In this document: piece by piece, positions 51,723-60,752 of the stretch | Layout: every line of letters starts with the position of its first letter | How positions within the stretch are numbered: position 1 is the stretch's first letter | Assembly (NCBI GenBank): GCA_958295775.1 | Contig: CATQHC010000002.1 | Location: forward strand, 889,830-953,829 | DNA: 64,000 bases | Origin: Chloroflexota bacterium | Lineage (GTDB): Bacteria; Chloroflexota; UBA11872; VXOZ01 | Direction: 5' to 3' | The notes under the pieces: generated by a model | The model's database searches: none | The model's input: only the letters and a program-made list of their open reading frames with translations | What the model was told of the DNA's origin: nothing | Program-made: the position numbers and the translations under genes

Positions 51723-52454
51723 CTATTGCAAAGGTTTGCGCAACGCGTAGACGATGAAGTTGGGCACACGGAATTCGTCGGCAAGCCCTGGATTTGCGGC
51801 AAGCTGTGCGTCCGAGGGGGTCGGTTCCTGAATGCCGTCTATGACAAACCCTCCATCTACGAATGCCGAAACGTAACTTGAGAGAGTCCGGTGCATGTTG
51901 ATAAACGACACGCCCCACCATTCGAATTCGCGAGGACCTTCGTTCGAATAGTCATCGATGGCGTAGAAGAGCTTGCGGTCGCCCTGTTTGATCCAGCCGT
52001 TGGGCAGTGCCATGCGCATTGGGTGTACGTTGCACACCGCAAAGCGCCCCCCGGGCCTCAGCACGCGGAATGCCTCCTGAATCGACCGCCGATAGTCGAG
52101 CACGTCCACTAGCACGATGTACGAGACGGCGAGATCAAAGCTTGCGTCGCACATGCCCGCCAGGTCTTCAGCATTGCCGACGAGATAGGTTTCACCGCCG
52201 CTCGCAAGCCCGCGTGCCTGCTCGATCAAGGGCTCAGTGAGATCAACACCGGTGACTTGCGCGCCAAGACCGGCGAGCACGCGACCAAAACGTCCTTCAC
52301 CACACCCTATGTCCAGCACGCGACGTCCGGCGACGTCTCCCAGCGCTGCCAGCATCCACGTGTCGAGCATGCCGGTGCGAAGCGACTGGTCTTGTTGAAT
52401 CCAGTCCTGGACGTGTTCAGTCCACTGCGTGCGCAGTTGTTGTTCAAGATTCAT
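51723..52454 (-). CDS. Class I SAM-dependent methyltransferase
   Basis: VLDIGCGEGRFG motif I, LRPGGRFAV post-motif. Start set at MNLEQQ (52454) because the longer ORF-track reading frame runs through the tRNA gene. Confidence 0.78.
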   Translation of the reverse strand: MNLEQQLRTQWTEHVQDWIQQDQSLRTGMLDTWMLAALGDVAGRRVLDIGCGEGRFGRVLAGLGAQVTGVDLTEPLIEQARGLASGGETYLVGNAEDLAGMCDASFDLAVSYIVLVDVLDYRRSIQEAFRVLRPGGRFAVCNVHPMRMALPNGWIKQGDRKLFYAIDDYSNEGPREFEWWGVSFINMHRTLSSYVSAFVDGGFVIDGIQEPTPSDAQLAANPGLADEFRVPNFIVYALRKPLQ

Positions 52455-52501
52455 CTGCCAAGAGCACCAAGTTGGATGGGGATTGTCTGCAAATGAAGGT
52501 C

Positions 52502-52576
52502 TGGCTCCGCGGCGAGGACTCGAACCTCGAACCAGACGGTTAACAGCCGCCTGCTCTACCATTGAGCTACCGCGGA
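52502..52576 (-). tRNA. tRNA-Asn (anticodon GTT), CCA encoded
   Basis: Reverse complement folds as acceptor TCCGCGG/CCGCGGA, D-arm GCTC-AATGGTA-GAGC, anticodon loop CTGTTAA, T-arm CGAGG-TTCGAGT-CCTCG, discriminator G plus CCA. Confidence 0.85.
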
Positions 52577-52895
52577 AGGCGAACGATTCCAGTGTACCAA
52601 TGCACGCCACAGACGGTCAACGAACCCCCTGAGCAGACTCGTCTGATCGAACGTCTGTGCGAATAGGACCTACTCTAAGTCCCCCACCTGATACGCCGCC
52701 ATACACCCGGTCGGGCTGGGCCTGCCGAAGTGCTCGGCACGAGCGGCAATTGACCTTGTGCCAGGGGTCTAATGCAACCTAGATGCGATTGACATCCATT
52801 GGTCGAGAGTATATGAAGATGGAAGATTCGCAGGGAGTTTGGTCGGACATGCAAGGTAACTTAGAAGAGCGAGCTTTGCCGGCAGAGGAATTCCT

Positions 52896-54311
52896 TCAAG
52901 ACAGGGCGGCAGAGTCTTGCTTCAACCGCCGCCGTGCCGCGGCTAGGGCGGACTCCACCCGGTCGGGCGCAGTGCCACCGGAAAGATCCCGGGCTGCGAG
53001 CGAACCCTCCACGGTGATTGCGTCGAATACGTCCTCTTTGATGCGGTCGCAGACCGCTTGATACTCCGCAAGCGCTAGGTCTGCCAAGCCGCAATTGCGC
53101 TCGAGGCAAATGCGCACGATGCGACCGACCACGGCGTGCGCCTCGCGGAACGGCAAGCCCTGCCGCACTAGGTAGTCGGCAAGATCAGTGGCAGTCGTGA
53201 AGCCGCCGCCAGCGGCCTCAGCCATGCGTGCGGCATTGACCCGGAGCGTGCCCACTACACCATTCATTATGTCAAGGCATGCCGCCGTCGTGTCTACGCC
53301 GTCGAACAGCGCTGCCTTGTCTTCCTGCAGGTCGCGGTTATAGGTCAGCGGCAGCCCTTCCATAAGCGTCAGGAGAGCGAAGAGGTCGCCGAACACACGC
53401 CCGGCCTTGCCGCGGGTCAGTTCCGCTGAGTCGGGATTCTTCTTTTGCGGCATGATGCTGGAGCCGGTCGCATACGCGTCGTCAAGCTCCACAAAGCCAA
53501 ACTCGGCGGACGTCCAGAGGACCACCTCCGACGCCAGCCGCGATAGGTGCACCATGATCAGGCTGCACACGTGCAGCGCCTCGATTACAAAGTCGCGGTC
53601 GCTCACGGCATCCATGCTATTGGCCGCGACGGCAGCGAAGCCGAGCTCCTGGGCCACAAAGTCGCGGTCAAGCGGATACGGCGCGCCCGCGAGCGCCGCC
53701 GCGCCCAACGGCAGAACATTCACCCGCGCCCGGCATTCCCGTGAGCGCGCAAAGTCGCGGGCGAACATCTCCACATACGCCAGCAGGTGGTGGCCGAATG
53801 TCACCGGCTGCGCGCGTTGCAGGTGCGTGTAGCCGGGCATACTGGTCGCAGCGTGCGCTGCGGCTTGTACGAGCAATGTCTCTTGAAACCGACAGAGCTG
53901 CAGACCGAGTGAGTCGAGCGCGCCCCGGCACCACAGACGGAGGTCAGCCACAACCTGATCGTTGCGGCTCCGCGCCGTATGCAGTTTGCCTGCCACGGCA
54001 CCTATCCGCTCCTGCAAGAGATCTTCGACAGCGGAATGCACGTCTTCCCAGCGCTCGGCATCCGGCGTGATCGCTCCGCTATCGATCTCTTCCAAGACCG
54101 CAGAGAGTCCCGCGCAAATTGCGTCGGCTTCATCCTGAGCAATGATGCCCTGCTTCGCGAGCATGCGGCAATGTGCCTGCGAGCCGGCGATGTCTTCACG
54201 ATAGAGCCGCCAGTCCACCGGCAGCGAGGTCGAAAACGCCAGCATGTCTCCGCCCAGCGCTTTCGCAAAGCGGCCGCCCCACAGGGTGGTTGGTTTCTTC
54301 GTGCTATCCAT
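52896..54311 (-). CDS. argH: Argininosuccinate lyase
   Basis: LWGGRFA N-terminus; fumarase/aspartase-family signature GSSIMPQKKNPD; 471 aa. Confidence 0.95.
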   Translation of the reverse strand: MDSTKKPTTLWGGRFAKALGGDMLAFSTSLPVDWRLYREDIAGSQAHCRMLAKQGIIAQDEADAICAGLSAVLEEIDSGAITPDAERWEDVHSAVEDLLQERIGAVAGKLHTARSRNDQVVADLRLWCRGALDSLGLQLCRFQETLLVQAAAHAATSMPGYTHLQRAQPVTFGHHLLAYVEMFARDFARSRECRARVNVLPLGAAALAGAPYPLDRDFVAQELGFAAVAANSMDAVSDRDFVIEALHVCSLIMVHLSRLASEVVLWTSAEFGFVELDDAYATGSSIMPQKKNPDSAELTRGKAGRVFGDLFALLTLMEGLPLTYNRDLQEDKAALFDGVDTTAACLDIMNGVVGTLRVNAARMAEAAGGGFTTATDLADYLVRQGLPFREAHAVVGRIVRICLERNCGLADLALAEYQAVCDRIKEDVFDAITVEGSLAARDLSGGTAPDRVESALAAARRRLKQDSAALS

Positions 54312-54472
54312 GTGTTTCTACGTCCGAATCAGTCCGGCGGTTGCGCTCTGTGCTCTTGCCTCTTTGCGCCTGCCCATGTCTATAGTCGGCAGGCCATTCT
54401 AAATGCAGCAGAGCTTTGAATATGCACTCTCCGCCAGGCTAAGAAGGCGAAAACTCGGTAAATCGAAGATGG

Positions 54473-54499
54473 ATTCCCACTTTCGCGGGAATGACGGAG
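54473..54499. repeat. Second copy of the palindromic intergenic repeat (attcccactttcgcgggaatgacggag)
   Basis: 26/27-nt match to 40415-40440, including an 18-nt exact core ttcgcgggaatgacggag. Stem tcccac/gcggga. Confidence 0.5.
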
Positions 54500-54633
54500 G
54501 TTGGTGGTCTTTTCTCATGGAAGTGACGGGCGACGCTCTTCCGCTTTTGTGGCACTGACGATTCTGCCAACCCCCTATCGATGTACTCATGAATAGAGCC
54601 GTAGGGACGCTCCCAGATTGGCGGTAGTGCCAG

Positions 54634-55842
54634 CTACGGTCTGAACTCGCGGGCGATTTGGGCGTAGATATCGGCGCTTTGGGCTACTTCGGTGAGGTCG
54701 ACGCGCTCGTGGTCGGTGTGGGCGTAGCCGATGTCGCCGGGCCCGTAGACGATGCAGGGCACACCGCTCTTGACTTGCAGTTTGCTGGCGTCCGTGCCGT
54801 AGGTGACGCCCTGCGGCTCAGGCGGGAGGTTGTGCGCCCCGAGCGCGCGCATGGCGGCTTGCACGATTGCCTCATCTTCCGCGGTATCCAGCGGCCAGTC
54901 GGCGAGATCGCGCGACGCCACACTGGGATGCATATCGGACTTGGTTGCCGCGAGTTGCTCCATGGCCTCTTCGAATTCCCGGATTGATCCCTCTGAGGTC
55001 TCACCCGGAATGATGCGGCGGTCGACCACCACCTCGCAGGTCTCGGGGATGACGTTGGCGGCGTGGCCGCCGTGGATGATGCCGATGGCCCAAGTGGGAT
55101 ACCCTACCAGCGGATGCGAGCGCGCCGCGAAGCGCGGGTCCAACGTCTCGCGCAGGTGCTGAATGACGTCAACCATCTGGTAAATCGCGTTGTTGCCCAT
55201 ATGCGGCTGGCTGCTATGAGCCGGACGGCCCTTGGTTTGCAGCGTAAAGCGCACCGCGCCCTTTGTGGCGGTAACCAGACCCAGCTTGGTCGGTTCGCCA
55301 ATCACCGCCGCCGTAACTTGGATCTCTTGCTCGATGAATCCCAAGATGCCGCGAAAGCGGTATTCCTCGTCAACCACTCCCAGCAGTCCGATGTCATAGG
55401 CTAGGTCTGCCGGGTGCTTTGCCAATTCACGAATGGCTAACAGCATGCCGGCAAGGCAGCCCTTGGCGTCGCACGAGCCCCGTCCGTGCAGCGTGGTCCC
55501 TTCCACGCGTGGTTCGAGGGCTGCCGGCCCCCACGTGTCCACGCCCACCGTATCCATGTGGCACTCAAGCAGCAGGAGGCCCTTGGAGTTGGGCACGCGC
55601 AGCCGTCCGAAGACGTTTGACCGGCCCGGCAGCACTTCGTGTTGCTGTGTCTCCAGGCCAAGGTCTTGTAGCTGGGATTCAACAAAATCGGCAAGCTTAC
55701 TCTCGCCCCCAGAGCCATCCGCCGTGAAGGCCGGATTCATGCTGGGAATACTTACGAGGCTTGAAAGTAACTCTGCAGTCTCTTTGATGCGGTCTTCGTC
55801 AACAACGCTCATTGAGTGCCCGTTTCCTGTCGGTTTGTGCAT
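54634..55842 (-). CDS. M20-family metallopeptidase (ArgE/DapE-like deacylase)
   Basis: ECHMDTV, GRGSCDAKG, and a dimerisation-domain insert. Adjacent to argH, suggesting an acetylornithine deacetylase role. Confidence 0.78.
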   Translation of the reverse strand: MHKPTGNGHSMSVVDEDRIKETAELLSSLVSIPSMNPAFTADGSGGESKLADFVESQLQDLGLETQQHEVLPGRSNVFGRLRVPNSKGLLLLECHMDTVGVDTWGPAALEPRVEGTTLHGRGSCDAKGCLAGMLLAIRELAKHPADLAYDIGLLGVVDEEYRFRGILGFIEQEIQVTAAVIGEPTKLGLVTATKGAVRFTLQTKGRPAHSSQPHMGNNAIYQMVDVIQHLRETLDPRFAARSHPLVGYPTWAIGIIHGGHAANVIPETCEVVVDRRIIPGETSEGSIREFEEAMEQLAATKSDMHPSVASRDLADWPLDTAEDEAIVQAAMRALGAHNLPPEPQGVTYGTDASKLQVKSGVPCIVYGPGDIGYAHTDHERVDLTEVAQSADIYAQIAREFRP

Positions 55843-56018
55843 AATTCACTACCACGTCTCGCTCCATGGTAGCAGATTCGATGATGACGAGAGCGTTCTC
55901 AAGTCCTTGCTAGGCCTTGGCAGTAAGTGGTCAAGCGGGCGCATTGAGCGTAGAGAATAGGTGTCTTTGTCTGAGCGTGGGGATTAGAACGGCGCACGGC
56001 GCCAGCGTATTCGGCGTT

Positions 56019-57641
56019 TTAGTGTTCGCCGCGTGCTTCCAGGGTAATGAGTTCGAGGACATCCTGGCTGGTCACCGTGCCGAGGAAGTGGTCCGACTCT
56101 CGATCGACAACGGGGAGAACCGTCAACCCGTTCTCGGTCATGCGTTGCAGCACATCTTCCACCAACTCATCGGGCCAAGCCTGCGGAGTCTTGTGCCGCA
56201 CCACGTTGTCCAGTTTCGTCGTGGACCACGCTTCCTTGGGCAGGTAGCGCAGCATGCCTAAGGACACTATTCCCGATAGGCTTCCGTTCTTGACGATTAC
56301 GTAATCGTGCTGGTGTGGCAAAATCCACCGGTCAACGAAATTCCGCACCGACAGCGCCGGATCGGGATAGGTGCGCGTCCGGTCAAGTATGTCGTTCACT
56401 GTGATGTCGTCCAGGGCAAACCGGGCAAGAGAAGCCGGCAACGATTCCGGCAGTGTTGGCCGGTCCGTTGTTCTGGCGTGGGTAACTGCAAAATTGATCA
56501 CAGGAGGCCCGAACAGGATGTACGCGAACATGATGAGCACGAGCAGCGAAAAGATATCATCCCCAATAATGCCTGATTCCAACATCACCAAGAGGAGGGC
56601 GATTTCCGCAACTCCTTTTGCCATCAGTCCAGTGGCCAGCACGAACGGCCTCTCCAACCGCGACACGAAAGCGCCGATGAGAGATCCGGCGAACTTCCCC
56701 AACAGGGGAACTGCCACGAGTGCTGCAATAGTCACCACTGGCAAATCGGTGAAAGAGTAACTTAGGTGCAAACCCGCTGAGGCAAAGAAGAGCGGCACGA
56801 ATAGTCCTTCGGCAGCACTCCTCATCCCCGGTACAATATCTCGACGCAGTTGATGGGGTAGTCCCGAAAGGGCGGCGCCAAAGAGCAGGGCGCCCAGGGA
56901 GCCATGTGTCCCCACCGCTTCGGAGATGCCCACAACGACGAAGAGCCCACCGATGAGCAGCCCGAAAGACAGTTGCGGGACATGCAAATAGCGCTGGAGG
57001 AGCACGATGAAGGGAGGGATCACGTATCTGGATAGGACCCAGGTCACCAGCGTGAAGCCGACGATCTTTGCCAGCAGGATGAGCACGCTGGACCAATTGA
57101 GTTCGGTTACGTGCTCGCCGATGGTAAATCCCACGAGCAAGAGAGCGAGGAGCTCAGCAATGAATACGGTGATAAAAATCTGTATGCCGATGGGCTTGCG
57201 TAGATGACCCTCGTCGGCGAGAACTTTGCTTACAAGGCCGAGGCTGGACAGCGAAAGAATTCCTGACAGCGCCAGCGCCTCAGTGAAGTCCAGCTCTAGT
57301 CCGAAGTCATAGAGGACGGTTGACGTAACAGTGAGGGCAAACAGCAGCGAAATGATGACTGACAGGGTCGCGGCGACGAAGAAGCGGCCGCGGAGCGTGG
57401 CAATGAAACCGGAGATGTCTATCTCGTCAAGCCCGATGAGGAAGAAGAAGAGGAAAATCCCAATACCAAGCAGAATATCCAACTCGTTTGTCGGCTCTAT
57501 GATGCCGAAGACGGGCCCCAGCGCCAGTCCCGCAGCCGTATACGCCACAATTGCATTGAGCCGGAAGCGGCGCAGTACGCCTTCCAGAAGCTTTGCGACA
57601 ACGATGAGCAGTCCAATGGAAAGGAGTACTTCGAAGGACAT
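56019..57641 (-). CDS. CPA1-type cation:proton antiporter with C-terminal tandem CBS domains
   Basis: About 11 TM helices of the Na+/H+ exchanger type, then two CBS motifs (ITVNDIL..., HFLGTVTSQDVLE). Confidence 0.8.
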   Translation of the reverse strand: MSFEVLLSIGLLIVVAKLLEGVLRRFRLNAIVAYTAAGLALGPVFGIIEPTNELDILLGIGIFLFFFLIGLDEIDISGFIATLRGRFFVAATLSVIISLLFALTVTSTVLYDFGLELDFTEALALSGILSLSSLGLVSKVLADEGHLRKPIGIQIFITVFIAELLALLLVGFTIGEHVTELNWSSVLILLAKIVGFTLVTWVLSRYVIPPFIVLLQRYLHVPQLSFGLLIGGLFVVVGISEAVGTHGSLGALLFGAALSGLPHQLRRDIVPGMRSAAEGLFVPLFFASAGLHLSYSFTDLPVVTIAALVAVPLLGKFAGSLIGAFVSRLERPFVLATGLMAKGVAEIALLLVMLESGIIGDDIFSLLVLIMFAYILFGPPVINFAVTHARTTDRPTLPESLPASLARFALDDITVNDILDRTRTYPDPALSVRNFVDRWILPHQHDYVIVKNGSLSGIVSLGMLRYLPKEAWSTTKLDNVVRHKTPQAWPDELVEDVLQRMTENGLTVLPVVDRESDHFLGTVTSQDVLELITLEARGEH

Positions 57642-57879
57642 GCCTGGCAGAATCCGCTTCTCAATATCGCGCCGTAGTTTTGCAATATTGTACTACAAAG
57701 ACGTTTCGGTGTTTTGAAAATTTGCGCTGTACCGCGAACAACATTCGGTCTTGAGTCTGTTTTCAGTTCTTGGCGCCAATGCGTACTCTCAAGAGGGATA
57801 CGCTACAATTAGAACGCTGCGCCGACTTTGGCATTATGGGCGGTGGCGCGGCGAGACAGCAGGATAGAGAAGGGTACCT

Positions 57880-58923
57880 ATGACAGCCAATCCCCCTAAA
57901 CTACACGTTGGCGTTGTCGGCCTTGGGGTGGGCAGGAGATTCGTGGAGGCATTCGCCGCTCACCCGCATACAGAGGTCAGCGCTATCTGTGCAAAGGAGC
58001 AGGATGTGCTCGCGGACACCTGCCGCGAACATGCCATACCACAGGCCTACACAGAGTTCGCTGACATATTGGCTGACCCACGCGTGGAGTTGCTGGTGAT
58101 TGCCACGCCCCACGCGCTGCATGCTGACATGGCAGTGCAGGCCCTGCGGGCCGGCAAGCACGTCGTTGTGGAGAAGCCAATGTGCATCTCCCTTCAAGAG
58201 TGTGAAGCAATGATCCAGGCAGTGGAGGAGACAGGAAGGATTCTGGCAGTCGACCAGGTGCTGCGATTCTATCCATACTATCAGTCCATTAGGGAGCATG
58301 TGGCGAGCGGGGGCATGGGGGAGATCTACTATGCCGAGGCAGATTATCTTCATAACACCGCTCAGCTCATTCGCGAACGCACGGTTTGGCGAGGGTCAGC
58401 CGAACACTCCCATTACCCGATCCTGGGCGGCGGTTCGCACTCTCTCGACATGTTGCGATGGCTGGTGGGCGAGGTTGACCGAGTGCACTGCGAAGCCTCA
58501 CAACGCGCGCTTCGCGACTTTCCGTTCCCGGACTGCATGATTGCCACGCTGCAATTTGCAAATGGCGCAGTAGGGAAGTGCACTACTTCGTACGGTCTCG
58601 TGCGGCCGACCATGCACAATCTGGTGCTCTTTGGCACTGACGGCACTATCGAACGCGCGCGCGGCAGGCGCGATCAGGATAAACAGTTCCGACCCGCGAA
58701 CGGTCACGAGTTCGCTGAAGAGGAGTGGCCGGTGCCCTTCCAGCCACCGGGCGGCAAACCGATTGCCTCTGTGGCGGACCATGTGTACCAATGCGTGAGA
58801 GACAACACAACGCCTCTCACCAACGTGTGGGAGGGCGCGAACACCGTAGCTGTTGCGCTTGCCGCGATTGAATCGTGGCACACCGGCAAGCCGGTTCGGC
58901 CCGCGCACTTTGAGCCCGCATGA
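57880..58923 (+). CDS. Gfo/Idh/MocA-family NAD(P)-dependent oxidoreductase
   Basis: LHVGVVGLGVGRRF Rossmann N-terminus; EKPM motif in HVVVEKPMCISLQE. Confidence 0.85.
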   Translation: MTANPPKLHVGVVGLGVGRRFVEAFAAHPHTEVSAICAKEQDVLADTCREHAIPQAYTEFADILADPRVELLVIATPHALHADMAVQALRAGKHVVVEKPMCISLQECEAMIQAVEETGRILAVDQVLRFYPYYQSIREHVASGGMGEIYYAEADYLHNTAQLIRERTVWRGSAEHSHYPILGGGSHSLDMLRWLVGEVDRVHCEASQRALRDFPFPDCMIATLQFANGAVGKCTTSYGLVRPTMHNLVLFGTDGTIERARGRRDQDKQFRPANGHEFAEEEWPVPFQPPGGKPIASVADHVYQCVRDNTTPLTNVWEGANTVAVALAAIESWHTGKPVRPAHFEPA

Positions 58924-59795
58924 TCTACATCGCCGGCCAGGTATTCGGCAACTTTGTGTTTGCCATGTCGTTGCGCCTGGCGCGGGGTAGGCAGTACCAC
59001 TATCTCACCGTAGGGACCATTAACTACGCGATAGCGGCATTGCTGGCCGTCACGTGGGCAGTGTTGAGCGACATTCCCAGCTTCGATCCGCTTGTCATAC
59101 TCTTGGGTGCGATCAATGGACTCCAATACCAGCTAAGTTTGGTCGTGCTGTTTACGGTTGTGGAGCTCGTTGGCATCGGCATTACGTTCGGTTTCATACG
59201 TCTTTCGGTGGCGTTGCCAACGTTTGCATCCATCTTTCTGTGGGGGGAACAGCCTGCCGTACTCCAAGTAGTAGGTCTGGGGCTTGCGTTTGTTGCGCTG
59301 CCTCTGCTGGGCGCGGACGCGCACCAGGCAGCGCGCGGCAAGCGCGGACACTCGCTTTGGACTTGGAGTGTACTGCTGACGGCCGTGTTACTTTCGGGGG
59401 CAGGACTGACTGCAGCGAAGGCATTTTCCGTCTGGAGCACACCGGACTATCAGCCACTGTATACAGCCTCGGTCTTTGTCGCGGCTACGCTCGGCGCCGG
59501 ATTCATTTGGCCCATGCGCAAGCGTTTTCGTTTACCAGGCTGGCGCACCGCTTCAATGCGCCACAATATTGGCTTGGGTGTGATGATGGGTGCCTCGAAC
59601 CTCTTTCAAGTCGCCATGCTGCTCAGTGCGCTGGCAATTCTGCCAGGTACGATAGTCTTTCCACTGTCCGCTACGGTCGGCTTGGCAACGACTCTCCTTG
59701 GTGGCATGGTGTTGTTTGGTGAGCGGTTTGGACGCGTCACCGCTATCGGCATTGTGCTTACATTGTTTGCAATCGTCCTGATTAGCGTGCAGTGA
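58920..59795 (+). CDS. DMT-superfamily permease (GRP/RhaT-like sugar transporter)
   Basis: About 10 TM helices in 291 aa. 4-nt overlap with the upstream oxidoreductase gene. Confidence 0.55.
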   Translation: MIYIAGQVFGNFVFAMSLRLARGRQYHYLTVGTINYAIAALLAVTWAVLSDIPSFDPLVILLGAINGLQYQLSLVVLFTVVELVGIGITFGFIRLSVALPTFASIFLWGEQPAVLQVVGLGLAFVALPLLGADAHQAARGKRGHSLWTWSVLLTAVLLSGAGLTAAKAFSVWSTPDYQPLYTASVFVAATLGAGFIWPMRKRFRLPGWRTASMRHNIGLGVMMGASNLFQVAMLLSALAILPGTIVFPLSATVGLATTLLGGMVLFGERFGRVTAIGIVLTLFAIVLISVQ

Positions 59796-59812
59796 GGAAA
59801 GGGGAGGAGGAG

Positions 59813-60586
59813 ATGCTCGGCGCAATTGCAGGCGACCTGATTGGTTCCGTTCACGAGTTCATCGGGACCAAGACGAAGGATTTTCCGCTACTAGATCCCA
59901 AGTGTTTCATTACAGACGATTCAATACTGACCGTCGCTCTGGCCGATGCGCTGCTAAATGAGCTTGACTATGCTGTCACGCTCAAACTGTACTATCGGCG
60001 GTACCCCGATGCCGGTTACGGTGGGGCATTCCACAACTGGGCACTGTCGGATTCGTGGGAACCCTACAACAGTTGGGGCAACGGGGCGGCAATGCGGGTC
60101 AGTCCGGCGGCATACGTCGCGAGCAGCCTTGACGAAGCATTGGCATTGGCAGAGCAGAGCGCCGTGGTGACGCACAACCACCCGGAGGGCATTCGCGGAG
60201 CGCAAGCCACCGCGGCTGCTATCTTCTTGGCGCGGACCGGCCACGAGAAGAGCAACATCAAGCAATTCGTGGAAGCTTCATTTGGCTACGATCTGCAGAA
60301 GACGATCGATGAAATCCGCCCCACGTATGAGTTCAACGAGTCGTGTCAAGAGACGGTGCCGCAAGCAATCACGGCCTTCTTAGAGGCAACGGACTTCGAG
60401 GACGCTATTCGCAACGCAATCTCACTGGGCGGAGACGCTGACACTCTGGCGTGCATTACCGGTTCCATTGCGGAACCCTACTTTGGCGGCGTGCCGGAGG
60501 ACCTGCGGGAAGCAGTCCTGTTGCGTCTCGACGATGAATTGCTGGCCGTCGTCACCGCATTCGAACAGCAGGTGATGAAACATTAG
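59813..60586 (+). CDS. ADP-ribosylglycohydrolase-family protein
   Basis: MLGAIAGDLIGS N-terminus, DDSILTVALADAL, GNGAAMRVSP, and a C-terminal GGDADTLACITGSIAE di-metal motif. Confidence 0.8.
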   Translation: MLGAIAGDLIGSVHEFIGTKTKDFPLLDPKCFITDDSILTVALADALLNELDYAVTLKLYYRRYPDAGYGGAFHNWALSDSWEPYNSWGNGAAMRVSPAAYVASSLDEALALAEQSAVVTHNHPEGIRGAQATAAAIFLARTGHEKSNIKQFVEASFGYDLQKTIDEIRPTYEFNESCQETVPQAITAFLEATDFEDAIRNAISLGGDADTLACITGSIAEPYFGGVPEDLREAVLLRLDDELLAVVTAFEQQVMKH

Positions 60587-60752
60587 ACCGTACTCTGCAC
60601 GGCGGGCACTCTTTTTGAGCCTGGTTGCTTTTTTTCTTTAGACCAAAGAAGCATAGACCTGTCTCCGGTTGAACAAGCCGGAAACAGGTCTGCTCTGTTT
60701 TCTCTAGCGGGCCCTACATGCGCGCCCGGAACGTGTCTCAGTCTGAGGCTGA

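Noticed and set aside
51723-52610. ORF-track extension of the methyltransferase to 52610 (295 aa)
   Set aside because: The extra N-terminal 52 codons read straight through the tRNA-Asn gene (translation ...GSSPRRGARP is tRNA sequence). True start taken at MNLEQQ (52454).
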